A stretch of 63,313 nucleotides of DNA, counting the filler, from Nemertoderma westbladi (Eukaryota > Animalia > Xenacoelomorpha), in NCBI GenBank assembly GCA_032718475.1. It is 3 parts of 3 records of this genome, joined end to end, with 100 filler letters (N's around TTAATTAATTAA, not from the genome) between each part and the next. Parts side by side here need not be neighbours in the genome. Positions count along the whole stretch, not along the records: positions 32,757 to 63,313 come from JAUCBJ010000061.1; 2 more parts are not named here. One strand, given 5' to 3'. The notes below the pieces were generated by a model. That model was not told the DNA's origin. It saw only the letters and a program-made list of their open reading frames with translations, and did not search any database. Below, one piece after another: positions 35,156 to 47,462 of the stretch. The translations under genes were made by a program, and so were the position numbers. The first letter of the stretch is position 1, and each line of letters opens with the position of its first letter.

Positions 35156-37448
35156 TAGCCCAACAATTTTTCCGCGCAACAACCCGATTGTAGGCCTAAG
35201 CAAAAAATGTTACTGATAAATATATTGAACAAATAAATTGGTACTTATTACTGTACTGAAACGTTACACCCTTTAATTTGGAATCTGTAATATATCGCCT
35301 TCGAATATATCGGTTATTTAGTTATCGTTAATATGAAATATCAGAAATAGAAAAAAGTTAACGTGGTCCGATTTTTTGTCATATACACGACACTCCTCGG
35401 TAAATGAATAATTTAATGGCATATAAATTGGCAAATGTGGGCCATTAACTCGATGTTGTAACACTCCCACTCATATTCTTCTATGTGTTTCAGTTAGATT
35501 GGTAATTTTGGGTGGTTAATCAGTGCATATGAATCATTTGAGTGAGCGTGTCCAAAATGGTCCAAAAATGTGTCCCATACCTAACGGAGGTTTTCTATCA
35601 GAAAATGCGAAGTGATACAGATTTAGATCATCACATAATTCTTAGATAGTTTTGCCATGTATGGGTTGTATCAGTGAGACTACTACGTAAACATTTACTT
35701 GGCCACGTTGAAAAACTGCCATGTCCCATAACGTGACGGATGCCCCATACTTCACATTGTGTTGGGGGCAGAAGTTAATCATGGTCTAAACAATTAATTA
35801 CTTACATTTAATTAATGGTTGGGGGCTTACCAGTCACAGATAAACTGTAACCTGCTCCATCCCCTTAATTGACAACAGACCAAATAAATTTATTACCACA
35901 TTAACTATTTGTGGACATGGTTTTGAGATAGGGGCATTACTGTAGTTGAGAGTGGGATATAAGTTGGGAATGGAACATGAGTTGGCAGTGGGAAGGACAA
36001 TCAACTAGATTTAAATTCTAGTACGGAGGAGTTGTTTGTTATGATTTGTTTTAATTGTCAAAAATTATAATAATAGTTTTCTTGTAAATTCCTTTCAATA
36101 CCTAATCAATATGCCGTTGCCGTCCCATACATGACATTAAAAAACTGTCTATTTAATTTTTCAAATTAATTGTTTGATATAAAATAAAGTTTTTCAGTTG
36201 ACCATATGCAACAGTTTTGTGTATCACATTGTAACTAACAGAACAAAAATATTTAACCCCAGTTTTCAAGGCAAAGTTTCCCAGAAAATGAAACTTTATG
36301 TTGCCACTGGATTAAAAATCTCTTATCAGTGACATAATTATTACATTTTTTCTCACTATAGAAAACTTTCCACTTTGATCTGATATCGCTTGCCGGACAC
36401 CATCATTAAATGACTGATACTTCAAATTTTCAAGAATATGGACATAAAACACGAAATTTTTTTTATAAACTTTCCTTAAGCGTGACATAAATTATTTACA
36501 CACTTTTTGCATGCGGAATGTTTCTCTCAATAAGCAATAACGGCAAAGAAATTGTTGGGACACTTTCTGGTTTCATATGGATAAATTATCGCTCTTTCTA
36601 ACCAACAATGTGGCTAATTCTCAGAGTTAATTTCAAAATTGAACAATTCTCAAATTGGTCAATATGGTTGGCATTGACCCACATATTGTCTAAAATAGCC
36701 AGGCATATTAATAAATTAATGCACAATACCATATTAATTAAATTTTACTTGCTCAACTTCCCACAAATTTTCAGGTAATTTACTAAACAAGATACTTTTT
36801 GTAGAAAATAGAAAGTATGGGAGAGCAAAGGAATACAATTTGAATTTTAGATCAACAGTTTCTTCATTTATCCCGGTTGAGCTGTAGTATAATGGTCGGG
36901 TACATATTAGACGTAGGCTTATAAGGAATTTGTTTACGCAAAAAATATAATTTATTAAACGGTTAACATGGAAACGAGCATAGCTAGCTATGATGACCCC
37001 ATTGTAACAAATATTAGCTACAAATTACAAATTACTATAAAAATGTGGTTCCTAATATCTGGCTGGATATATCGAATGTGTTCCTTGGCTAACCTCTAAG
37101 AAACACAAGCCCGTTGTTTGTTGTGATGTTTCTAAGTGGAGTTTATTCCCATTTTTCAGTTCAGTCTTATGGGAAAGCCTATTATTAATGGTTCTGTGTA
37201 AATAGTTAGTTAGTTAGTGGCATGTGCTGCTCTGGTACAAGCCCCCCCCCCCCCCCCTCCATTAGAGGATGGATGCCATAAATAGTAAACATAAGACTGA
37301 TTAAATAAAATCAATAAATAGGGAAATATAAAATAAATATATACTCTGTGAAATTATGGTAATAGCAAAGTATATAACGTAGAAGAAGAACAAAACAATG
37401 ACAGAAGCCCCAACATAAACTAGACTATTGCAGTAAAGGATAACTGCG

Positions 37449-38006
37449 TTATTTCTTCCCTAATTCTGGAGGGGCCGACAGAAACCCACCCCCTAGTTTA
37501 TTGACGGCTCGACTCGGTGCTAAACCTAATAGTTTCTGAATGTTCTGTCGGATCGACATAGTCGAGAGAATATAGAGGAAAATAAAGGAACAGTCGGTAT
37601 AGTCGGTGCCGGGGAGGTTCCGATGTGATAGACCCTGGATCCACGGAATGGGTTCGAACGGTAACTTAGCGACAATCCGCCCGTCGAATATAGTGTTCAG
37701 CATCCCAAGTAGCGCGGTGAATGTAAACCCAATCACCATCATGCTCTTCATCTTAACCAAAGATAAATCCCTGTTGTTGGTTTTCAGGCGTTCCTCTTGC
37801 CGTTCCAACTTCTTCTTGTTCGCTCTTCCCGCCATGTCACCTCCCGAAGTCTCTCTGGATTTCTCAAGTCGCCGACTTTGCCGTTCAACTTCGGCTTTTA
37901 GTTTTTGATACTTTTCGGTTCGATAGACGAGAATCCAGGTTAATCCCTCGGCCAATAAAGCCGTACAAACCGAAATGAATATTATGAGTAAGGTATCGTA
38001 AATCAT
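37449..38006 (-). CDS. TMCO1: Transmembrane and coiled-coil domain protein 1 (ER; Oxa1/EMC3 superfamily), uninterrupted CDS
   Basis: DTLLIIFISVCTALLAEGLTWILVYRTEKY, NNRDLSLVKMKSM, FDGRIVAKLPF, GLSHRNL, DCSFIFLYIL, MSIRQNIQK. Confidence 0.97.
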   Translation of the reverse strand: MIYDTLLIIFISVCTALLAEGLTWILVYRTEKYQKLKAEVERQSRRLEKSRETSGGDMAGRANKKKLERQEERLKTNNRDLSLVKMKSMMVIGFTFTALLGMLNTIFDGRIVAKLPFEPIPWIQGLSHRNLPGTDYTDCSFIFLYILSTMSIRQNIQKLLGLAPSRAVNKLGGGFLSAPPELGKK

Positions 38007-38499
38007 GTTGCTGTAGCGCTATGGTTCGTTGTGCTAAAATCCAGATGTAAAGCGGAGGTTAAGTGATACACACACAGTCTGACAGTTCCAACTGAAACCT
38101 CGTCAGGTATCCTTTGATTGATTCTGGGTAGCCTATCTAACAGCCTAAACTTCTGGCGGGTTCATACGTTATGTGTTATGTGACAGACAGGGATGTGACA
38201 CCCATGCCCTGTTTAATTAGGGTACATAGTGCTGGGCTCTGCATTATTATTCCTATTTTTATTATTATTTGCACTCGGTATAATTTAAATACGGTATATC
38301 AATTTAAACGGGGGAACATCACCCACCTAGCTGCCTAGGTAGGTAGGCCCTATCGTACAAATATCTAATAAAATATATCTTTAGGTATGAATATGAATAT
38401 TGCACTTCGGGATAAATCGATAAATGTGGATAAAATATCACTTCTTCCACCACTATTTTAAAGCAAATAGGCCTACTTTCTAAAAAAAAATAGCCACCC

Positions 38500-39157
38500 A
38501 GCTACTACTACTACTATAATACGCCTGCTGTATTGAAACTGCACATTGATGCTATGCCAGCTTAACAAAACATTTTGTCACCACCATGCAATCCATAATT
38601 GGCAACCCCAATGCAGAGTGCATTAGGAATGCTATACCGGCTTATCAACAAAGCTGCACCGCCACAACTCCAAATCCCCCATGACTTTCGCGAGATTATC
38701 CGCATCTTCAAGGCCGGTGTCCTTTAGGAGGCGTCTCACGTAAGTCATGGGCTGTCCACCATGCTTATTTTCTCCATGGGGCTGCCAAAGCACAAGATTG
38801 TGCAAAGGCTGGTCCTCACGGCGAAAACAATGTCCTGCAAAGCGGAGGCGGCTTTGTTCTAGTGTCAAGCTTGGGGAACCAATGAGACACCTACAATGTT
38901 ATATAGTGTCTGGAGATGGAGATGTGTGCATTGCACTTGACACAGTAAACCCGACGTAGCATTTTTGTGAATGTGCCGTCCAGAAATTTGGTGTCCTCAG
39001 CAGTTACAGCACAGCATGGACTCCCATAGAGAGGAGTAGCGAGTAGGTACTTGAAATACTGCTGCTCTAAATAATCGGACCTAAAGTTTCCGATGAATTC
39101 TGTATGACTTCCAAATCCTGGAAAGCCCATTAATGCTGACATGCCATGCCTTCCCTA
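38500..39157 (-). mobile_element. RTE 3' fragment
   Basis: RLRFAGHCFRREDQP...DLELWR; (CTA)n tail at 38502-38516. Confidence 0.88.
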
Positions 39158-39164
39158 GTTCTTG

Positions 39165-39560
39165 TTACTATTTGTATATAAAATGTTCCAGAAGATGTTA
39201 GCTATTAATTTAAAAAAAAATGTTCTAGAACAAATATTTTTTGTTCTAGAACATTTTTTAGAAAAAAATCTGGATTCTATTTAAAACGCATGGAATCGTT
39301 CTAAAATGGGTTTAAAGTCAATAAAAAAAAATGTTAAAAATTTTTTTTTCAATAAATTTTTTTCCACAATATTTGTTTTTCACAATTTTTTTTATTTATT
39401 TTAAACACGTTTTCTGGTTTTAGAACGATTAATTGCGTTTTAAATAGAATCTAGATTTTTTTCTAAAAAATGTTCTAGAACCAAAAATATGTTATAGAAC
39501 GTGATTTTTTCTTAAAATGAATAGTAACATGTTCTGGAACATTTTTTATACAAATAGTAA
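39165..39560. mobile_element. AT-rich palindromic MITE or foldback
   Basis: Arms of about 150 bp (TTACTATTTGTAT..AAAATGTTCCAGAA...TGTTCTAGAAC) are reverse complements. Confidence 0.75.
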
Positions 39561-39603
39561 TAAAAACTACCTACTACAAAATATTTATAGAGGGAAGTAG
39601 GAT

Positions 39604-40791
39604 GGGTATAACTTTTCGCCGTATCCGTATGCATTTGGCGTATCCGTATGCAATGCACATACATACGCGTATGTAATGGATTCCTATCACCTATGGAGAA
39701 TAATCCGCATGTGATTTTAAAGATTAGGCATTGCGGACCAGTAAGAAGTGCACAACACACATGCACTTATGCAGACTAAAGACAGGTAGGCCTACTTGGT
39801 TAAAATCGATATGATTTAAAGAGTGCGGTTGCCGCTACCTAATGGCAAATAAACATTGTAGGTCCAGGATGAGTGATATATTCAAGACCCATATTCAAGA
39901 TATTATAAACAAGCGCCACAGCGCTTGTTTTATTGTACTAACTGACACCTGGACCGCTGGACGCCCGGTTGGACTTAGATTAATTACTGGTACCGGGTTG
40001 CACTCGCTGACACGTGGTTTGACTAACTGACACTGGGTTGGACTTGTTGGCACTTGGCTGCATAGGGCCTGCTATGGTTAACTAAATACTGGCCCTGAAA
40101 CGGCGAAAGTAAAGGTATTATATGTTAATAATTTCACAAAGAAGGATAGACTGGCACGGCGGTTTTCAATATCTGTGCGAATGTTTATTCCCTTCGCTTA
40201 GCATTCTCATTGCTGCTTCTATCTGCTATCAGTCTACTCTATACTATGTTAGTGCCATATACTGTAGCAAGAGCAACCAACAACATTCTATAGCCAGGTT
40301 GGTGGAAAACACTTCAAAAATAAATCACGGTTGGCTGACAAATTACAGTACTACGCTACAGTAGCTACACGTCCATCCATATTCGCGCCAGGATCCTCAC
40401 TGCGCGCCACACGCCCCTGTCGCTACGCGCCAGGATCCTTAATTCTCGCCACACGCCCCTGTCGCTACGCGCCAGGATTCTTAATGCGCGCCACACATGT
40501 TGAGCAAACTCTACATAAACTCCAACCTGGAGAAGAGTTAACTGGTTAATAGGTAGGCCTACTGCACTGCTGGTGGCTGGCGCATCCTGGGGTTGGCGGA
40601 AACCGGCTGTCACCCATCCTCTGGACCTGTCTGCATGTGTGCTGTGCACTTCTTACTGGTCCGCAATGCCTAATCTCTAAAATCACATACGGATTATTCT
40701 CCATAGGAATCCATTACATACGCACATACAGACATACGCGTATGTATACGGATACGGCAAATGCATACGGATACGGCGAAAAGTTATACCC
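39604..40791. mobile_element. Non-autonomous Mutator-like element
   Basis: TIRs of about 160 bp starting GGGTATAACTTTTCGCCGTATCCGTATGC; 9-bp flanks AAGTAGGAT and AAGTCGGAA (7 of 9 identical). Confidence 0.8.
40294..40530 (-). mobile_element. Short CCAGGTTGG-family element inside the Mutator-like element
   Basis: Right part is the reverse complement of 20251-20365, with GGATCCTGGCGCG repeats; no TSD found. Confidence 0.7.
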
Positions 40792-41315
40792 AAGTCGGAA
40801 TCAGTGTTGAAATTACTAGCTAAACCTAGCAACCTAGGCCTATCTAAAACACTACGTGCAGGTGCACTAACTAAGCTACCGGTACCATAAAATTTTGTAT
40901 CTTATTTAACGAGGATGCTTCAATTACTGAATTACGTCCGTTGACCAAAAGAGACATGGAGATATCAAGACTGCAAGATATCAATATCAATCAAGATATC
41001 AATATCAATATCAAAAAATAACTGGCCTCTTTCTGTCTTTTTTTAAGGCCAAATCGACAACATGTTAGGCCGTATATATAGTAGCCATGCAGCCATGGAT
41101 ACAGCTTACAGCCTACAGGTACCGGTACCTTACTGCCTTAAGTCTGTAAGTGCCCTACCTACAGTGTAGGCCTACGTACCAGCAGTACAGCGATACTGCA
41201 ATACAAGAATCGGTACCACACCACTGCATTATAATAGTATGGCTAAAACGTCTGTCCTTATCTGATCTGAGATCTGATCTGACGGTATCTGACACTTGTT
41301 CCACCTTGGTTCAGA

Positions 41316-41480
41316 GCGCACCTTGGTGTAGTGGTTATATTGAATTCACATATCTCGGAGGATGTGGGTTAAACCCCGGCGTGGGGGCCAAGGTAGTTTT
41401 CGTTTCGGCACGAATGTTTTGAAGGGTTTAGCGAGGCATCTCTGGCTCGCATCCTTAAATGGTAGCTAAATGAGTACTGG
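41316..41480 (+). mobile_element. Degenerate tRNA-derived SINE head
   Basis: A-box-like TGGTGTAGTGG and B-box-like GGTTAAACC at Pol III spacing; no clean cloverleaf. Confidence 0.4.
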
Positions 41481-43764
41481 ACTTTCTGCCTATGTCGACC
41501 AGCATGTGAAGTTTCCCCGGTATTGTTCAATATAACACACTCCCGCTGTGAAACTAACGATACTAACTAAAAGACTAACTGAAACGAACTAAAAGGAATT
41601 CAAATAAAATAAGCTAGAAATCTTAAATTTGTTTTTAGCGGCTGGTGCCAAATTTTGGTGCCGGCCCATGTGAAGAATACCGCCCATGTGAAGAATACCA
41701 GGATTTCACTTTTCGGTCGACTTTTACTGGAATTTTATATATGAAGATTTTAATTCTTTTTTAATTTATCTTTATTGAGTGTATTATAGAGCTTATTTAT
41801 GTCTTATAACCTGTACATATACTAATTCGTTTATTGTTTTGGTTATATTCAGCCGTTCTGTAACCTGTGTTTTTGGTGAAATAAAAGTAATAAAAGATAA
41901 TAGATAAAGATAAATAGATGATAGATAAAGAAATAAAAGTGAAATATAACGGCAGAAAGTCTGGTATTCTTCGCCCATGTGAAAAATACCATGATTTCAC
42001 TTTTCGGTCGATTTTTTATTGGTCGATATTTTTTATTAAATTTATCTTTATTAAGTGATTTATGCGCGTGCGCGATGTCCTTTTTTTTTAGGGGGATGAT
42101 CTATTGATCAGTCAGTCGGACTGTTAGTAAGAAGGTGGGTGTAAACAAGCCGCCGCGGTAACATATTCTCCTTTCCCTCAATTGGTAGGTAACAAAATCG
42201 TTTATTGTTTTGGTTAGAAAACCCTGTCTCGGTAACCTGCACCTTTCCCTTAATTTGTAGGTAAAACGTCGTTTATTGTTTTGGTTGGAAATTACAGCCG
42301 CTGTAACCTGCTCTTTTCCTTCAATTGGAAGGTAACGACAGCGTTTATTATTTCCCACATTCCCATCCACCTTCCCATATTCCTTCATCGTCTGAGTATA
42401 AACTCCACTGTCTCAGCTGGCAATATGGGGCATGTTAAGTGTTTCGTCATATACACACTACACAGTAGAGGCCTAGAGAGATACCCCTTCCGTAGGATGG
42501 TCGCTGCGTATTGTTAACATAGTTGTTATATGAGGCGTGATGGTGTATATAAAGTACTAACGCCTTGACTATGATCACGTACTACTAGATTTAACTCTGC
42601 CAGTCCTCGTAGAGTACAGTATAAAAACTACGTAGAATATAAAAACTACTACAAAGCCAGAGTATTACGCATATGGTAAATTTTCATAATTTATTTTCTT
42701 AACTTATAATTATGTCTTAGAAATTGTGCAATTTATTTATTTGTGATATCACTTTGCCCTCTTTGTACAACTTCAGATGACCTTGACTAGCGTTACGCTA
42801 CTGCCAGCTGTTGTACGACAATTTATTTAGCGTAAAGGTGCAGCGCAACCAAACATATATATGTACAGTAGTAGGCCTACAAACGTAGTATATAATAATA
42901 ATATGAAATCTCTGTTTTGGTGGTGGCTGCAGGTTTATGCCGTTATATGTATTGAATATTATATTATAATAAATTGAATTGAATTAAATTGAATAGATCG
43001 TAGGGAGTCCTTGACTATGACTCATTTAATTTCGGACACGCGACAAATATTGACAGATATTTATTATTAAATACTAATTTTATTGAAAAATACATATTAA
43101 TCATGTCTAATTAATTGCCATGCCATACTAATGCCAATTAGTACTCGCGGAACATATTTAACATATTAAAGTATTTAAACATAATAATATAAATAAGTTA
43201 ATATATACAGGTCAATGCAGTCATGTAATTATGCAATTCGATGAGTTATTCCTTAGGTAAGTCAAGTTGTTTAAAACTCTCTCATCCCTCAAATATCATC
43301 TGAAATGAAATCAAATATTGTAAAATATAAAACTGACGGCAGTACAGTAATGATCTTCGATAAAAAATATATATCGGAAAGAAGAATTCTAGTCACTAAT
43401 TTTTTTATAGCCTCTTTATTGACCGCAAAAGACTTTAATTTCCGCAAAAGTGCGGACAATAAAGACTTTATTATCCGCATTTTGCGGACAATAAAGTAAT
43501 TATCCAATCAATCTTCCGAAAATGCGGATAATAAAATATTTATCCAATCACCGATTTAGAAGTTTATTCTGTTGATTTCGCCTTATTATTATTCTAGATC
43601 AGTAATAATTGCGTTGGTAATTATTGTTTCGATTATTATTTTGTTGGAACGATATTAATAACAGCTCCAAGGGTTATTTATTTGTATTGCCTCACATTTT
43701 GGTACAATTCCTTATTTAGATATACAATGTGATATACAATCATGTTTGTTATGTTACGAAAATG

Positions 43765-44096
43765 TATTTCTCAAATTCGCTGCTCTTTTCACCAGTTGCA
43801 AATAGAAAGAAGTCGTTGGTAAGGTAGAGCGGAATAACCGGTTATGTTTAATGAGTTCAAGTAATGTGGTAGAGGATGAGCGTCATTTATTACTAGAGTG
43901 CAGTGCTTATTCGGGCTATAGAATTAAATATCTCAGTAATTATTTTAATAGGTATCCTTCAGCTATTAACAAGTTAACGGAGTTGTATGTACGTTTATAT
44001 AAAAACTCTTGTAAGAAAATGGTTGACCTTGGTTTATATACCGGTATATTTCATGCATTGATGAAAATAAATAATAGTGGTATTTATGAGTTGTAG
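43765..44096 (+). mobile_element. Non-LTR retrotransposon 3' relic (C-terminal zinc knuckle)
   Basis: RLCL....VVEDERHLLLEC..Y...R. Confidence 0.65.
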
Positions 44097-44319
44097 GTTG
44101 TTTTGTACGCTGCTGTAGCTATTTTTGCTTCTTTTTTTTTTCCCATAAACAGAAATCTTTAAAGTTTTTATTTTTTTAACGCTATATTACTTGTGGATTC
44201 TGTGGTCCGTTTAACGATAAACCCATAATTTGGTACGTTTGGTTAATTATTATGCATTACTTAATTAGATAACAACATGTTAATTTAGGTGCCTAACTAA
44301 GGTTCAATTATTGATATAA

Positions 44320-44553
44320 AGGTGCGTTCACATAACGTATGTGTATGTGTTAAGTAGGTGTAGGTATATGTAATGTAGAAGCGATTCAAGTTTTATTCGC
44401 TTTGATTTGCGTTCTAGAATATACCGGTAGGTGCGTTCACATACTGTAACATATGTGTATGTGTGGGTAGAAAGCGATGCAAATTTCAATTTATCGTTAG
44501 CCACATTATATCATCCAGACATACACATACACCTACTTTATGTGAACGCACCT
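44320..44553. mobile_element. PIF/Harbinger-like MITE
   Basis: TIR AGGTGCGTTCACATA, TAA/TTA flanks, extra internal TIR copy at about 44429. Confidence 0.7.
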
Positions 44554-44558
44554 TTATA

Positions 44559-45493
44559 CACCATGTCCTGGAATATAGTGTCTTTATTGAGGTACATGGA
44601 CCCCCCCCCCAAATTTTTCTACAAATCTTAATGAGCTTGCATGAAATTTGAAACAGAGATAGTTTCACCTCCCTCCTCCTTGTTGGGTGAGCCAGAATTT
44701 TTATTTTTGCTTTCACCCTTTAACTACAAGCGATTGAAAAAGGTGTCTCCGTCGGTATTGCGCCAGATACACCGCAGTTATTATTCAACCTTATAGCGAA
44801 TTGTTGATATTGACGGACAGCGGGCCATGCAAGGATTCCAAATATGTATCATAATCTGAATTTGTTCGTAAAATAGCTGAGATATGAGCGTTCAAATGCG
44901 CGAGGCTATTTTATTATATTTAATTAATAATCCATTCTACGCATTCTAGAACATTTAGAACATTCTAGAACAATTCAAGCGCATTCTAGAACACTTTGTT
45001 TATGTACGAATAGCTACGCAGTAGTATGATTACAGAGTTATTGCATTGTTGCCCAGCTACGTATGGGATAAACAACATGTTCTAGAATATGGTGTATTTT
45101 CTTAATAGAATAAAATAACCTTGCGCAGGTGTAAAACCATGCAACTTTAGAATGCCCATATCTGTGCTGTTTTACGACGAAATTCAGATTGTGATACATA
45201 TATAAAATCCTTGCATGGCCAGCTTTCCGTCAATATCAACAAATCGCTATAAGGTTGAAGAATAACTGCGGTGTAATTGGCGCAATACCGACGGAGACAC
45301 CTTTTTCAAACGCTTGTAGCTAAAGGATGAAAGCAAAAATAAAAATTCTGGCTCACCCAGTCAGTGATCGGGAGGTGAAACAATCTCTGTTTCAAATTTC
45401 ATGCTATCTCATTAAGTTTTGTAGAAAAATTTTTTTTTTTGGGGGGGGGGGTCCAGGTACCTGAATAACGACACTATATTCCAGGGCATGGTG
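44559..45493. mobile_element. Tc1/mariner-like MITE with long (about 330 bp) TIRs
   Basis: TA|CACCATG.CCTGGAATATAGTGTC ... GACACTATATTCCAGGGCATGGTG|TA. Confidence 0.88.
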
Positions 45494-46082
45494 TAATGAT
45501 TTATGAGTATCATTGCATTGCTGATAAATTTTTTAAGAATGATTAATTAATTTAGCATAAAAATATTTAGTAATAGGATCTTTTGCACCAGTAGCTAGTT
45601 TGATCCACTTTGTGATTTGATTATTTGATTTAAATTCTGGAATATCATCTGATCACTTAAAGGATAGCCAAGTAAATTCTGTACAGTAGTAGCTAGTATT
45701 ATTTAAATTTGTGATCACCTTGTTACGTTAAACCTGTAATCCGCATTTTCTTGAAATAGTAAAAGCAGATTATTTTTGCAGATTATGTTACTTTCTTTTT
45801 GCAAAATAAGTCACCCAAGTTATAAAATTACCGAAATCAACTATTCTTTTTGACTGTATTGAGTTTTAAACGAGATTAAAGGTTTTTAGATTTAACTTTT
45901 CTAAAACTAAAATGCCAGAGTGCAAAACTCAATAGGCCTACACGAGAGCAGAATATCTGAATTTCGGTCAACTTCAACTTGTGACAAGAATGTTATTTCT
46001 GACACGTCTTTTTTTTAAATCAAATAAAAAGATAAAACCATTTATCTGAAAAATTAAACGAGTTACCGACCGGTATTCTTAC

Positions 46083-46205
46083 CTCTGGGTGTACAATGTT
46101 TGATGCCATCACCTACGAACCCTCTTCGGCATAAACAAGTAAATCCTGTTTGTGATATTGTAAAACATTTCGCATTCTCATTACAAGGGTCACCAGAACA
46201 CCCAT
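46083..46205 (-). CDS. EGF-like domain exon (GCSGDPCNENAKCFTISQTGFTCLCRRGFVGDGIKHCTPR)
   Basis: 123 bp, phase 1-1, acceptor tttcag, donor G|gtaaga; six cysteines in EGF spacing with C.C..GF.GDG...C. Confidence 0.88.
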
Positions 46206-46212
46206 CTGAAAC

Positions 46213-47320
46213 TGTAAAAGCTTTTGCGGACATAACAAGTCATTTTTACACAATGCGCGAAATACTCTAAAATAGCCCTAAAATTGTTCAACTACGCGTC
46301 GGTCAGAAATTAGAACCAAGATGACGAAATCTGTCAGCTGATTCTTTGTGTACGTGGAGATTCCTTTGTTTGAGCCTATTCAGCCAATCAGAGCAATCTT
46401 CCCAGTTATGCCAGTAGAGACCTACCTGTGGAAACTGGCGCATGCGCAGTTATAGTTTTTCTGAGAATTAGATTCCTCTCAGGATTCTGTACTAAGTAGA
46501 TACGTTTCAGACTTTGGCCCAAGAACATCTGATGGCTGGAGTTATAAGGACGTAAATATATTAACCCTGAATCACCAAACCACACCGGCACAAACTGCAC
46601 CTTATCATACTGAACTTTATGAACACATACTGTCTGTTCACCGCACCGTTTAATGCTGTTTTATATTGTGTTAATTGCTGTTTATTAATGGATGTTATAT
46701 TTGGAGAATACCGATAAATAATCGTAAACCCCTCAACTTTCTTGATTACTGAGGTAAGCGGAGGAAGGGTCTACCGGTAGCAACTGTGACTCAAATTATA
46801 GTGGTTTTTGTGTCAATTAAATGCTATTTCATAATCCCTACGTGTGTCAGTTGCAATCCTCCTTATATATGATAAAAATCAGTGACGGTCGGCAAATTAG
46901 TGTAAATTAGTGTGAAGTAGTGTGAAGTCGTGTGAAGGTTAATAAAGCATCTCCTAAAGAATGCACTATTTACGAGATTCCATAGCCATCTAGTTGCGAT
47001 TAGTGTAAGTCATAACTCTGTTTTATACTTAAAGCGCCACGTCCCAAAGGAACTGTTAATATTTCCCCGAAAGTGAATATAGTTGTCAGAGATTATATAG
47101 TAGCAATCAATTGAATAATACAAAGTAGCCTACACCACAATAACTTCCTCTGGAACCCGAATCCAGTCTCCCACACCGTGGGTCATACGCCACGCACGGA
47201 CTGGCTTCGGTGGATGTAAATTCAGTACACCAGGTAATTGGTAAGGGCAAAAGTCGATTCATAATTAAAAAGACATTTAAATTGGCAGGTTAAACTGCTA
47301 AAGGTCTAAAAGCGCGAACA
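46213..47320 (+). repeat. 5' LTR (1108 bp)
   Basis: TGTAAAAGC...GCGCGAACA; about 25 differences from the 3' LTR by eye. Confidence 0.96.
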
Positions 47321-47462
47321 TTAATAGATTTTGTTTCTTTTATTGCCCAATAGGCAATAAACCCAAAACGTACGGGTAGGACGGTAAACTGTAGGCCTGA
47401 TCCGAACTGGTACTTACAGGTACAACAGTATTATTTACCGATAATTCGATATTAAATATACG

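Noticed and set aside
41316-41390. tRNA gene
   Set aside because: B box is degenerate and no consistent stems are visible; kept only as a possible SINE head.
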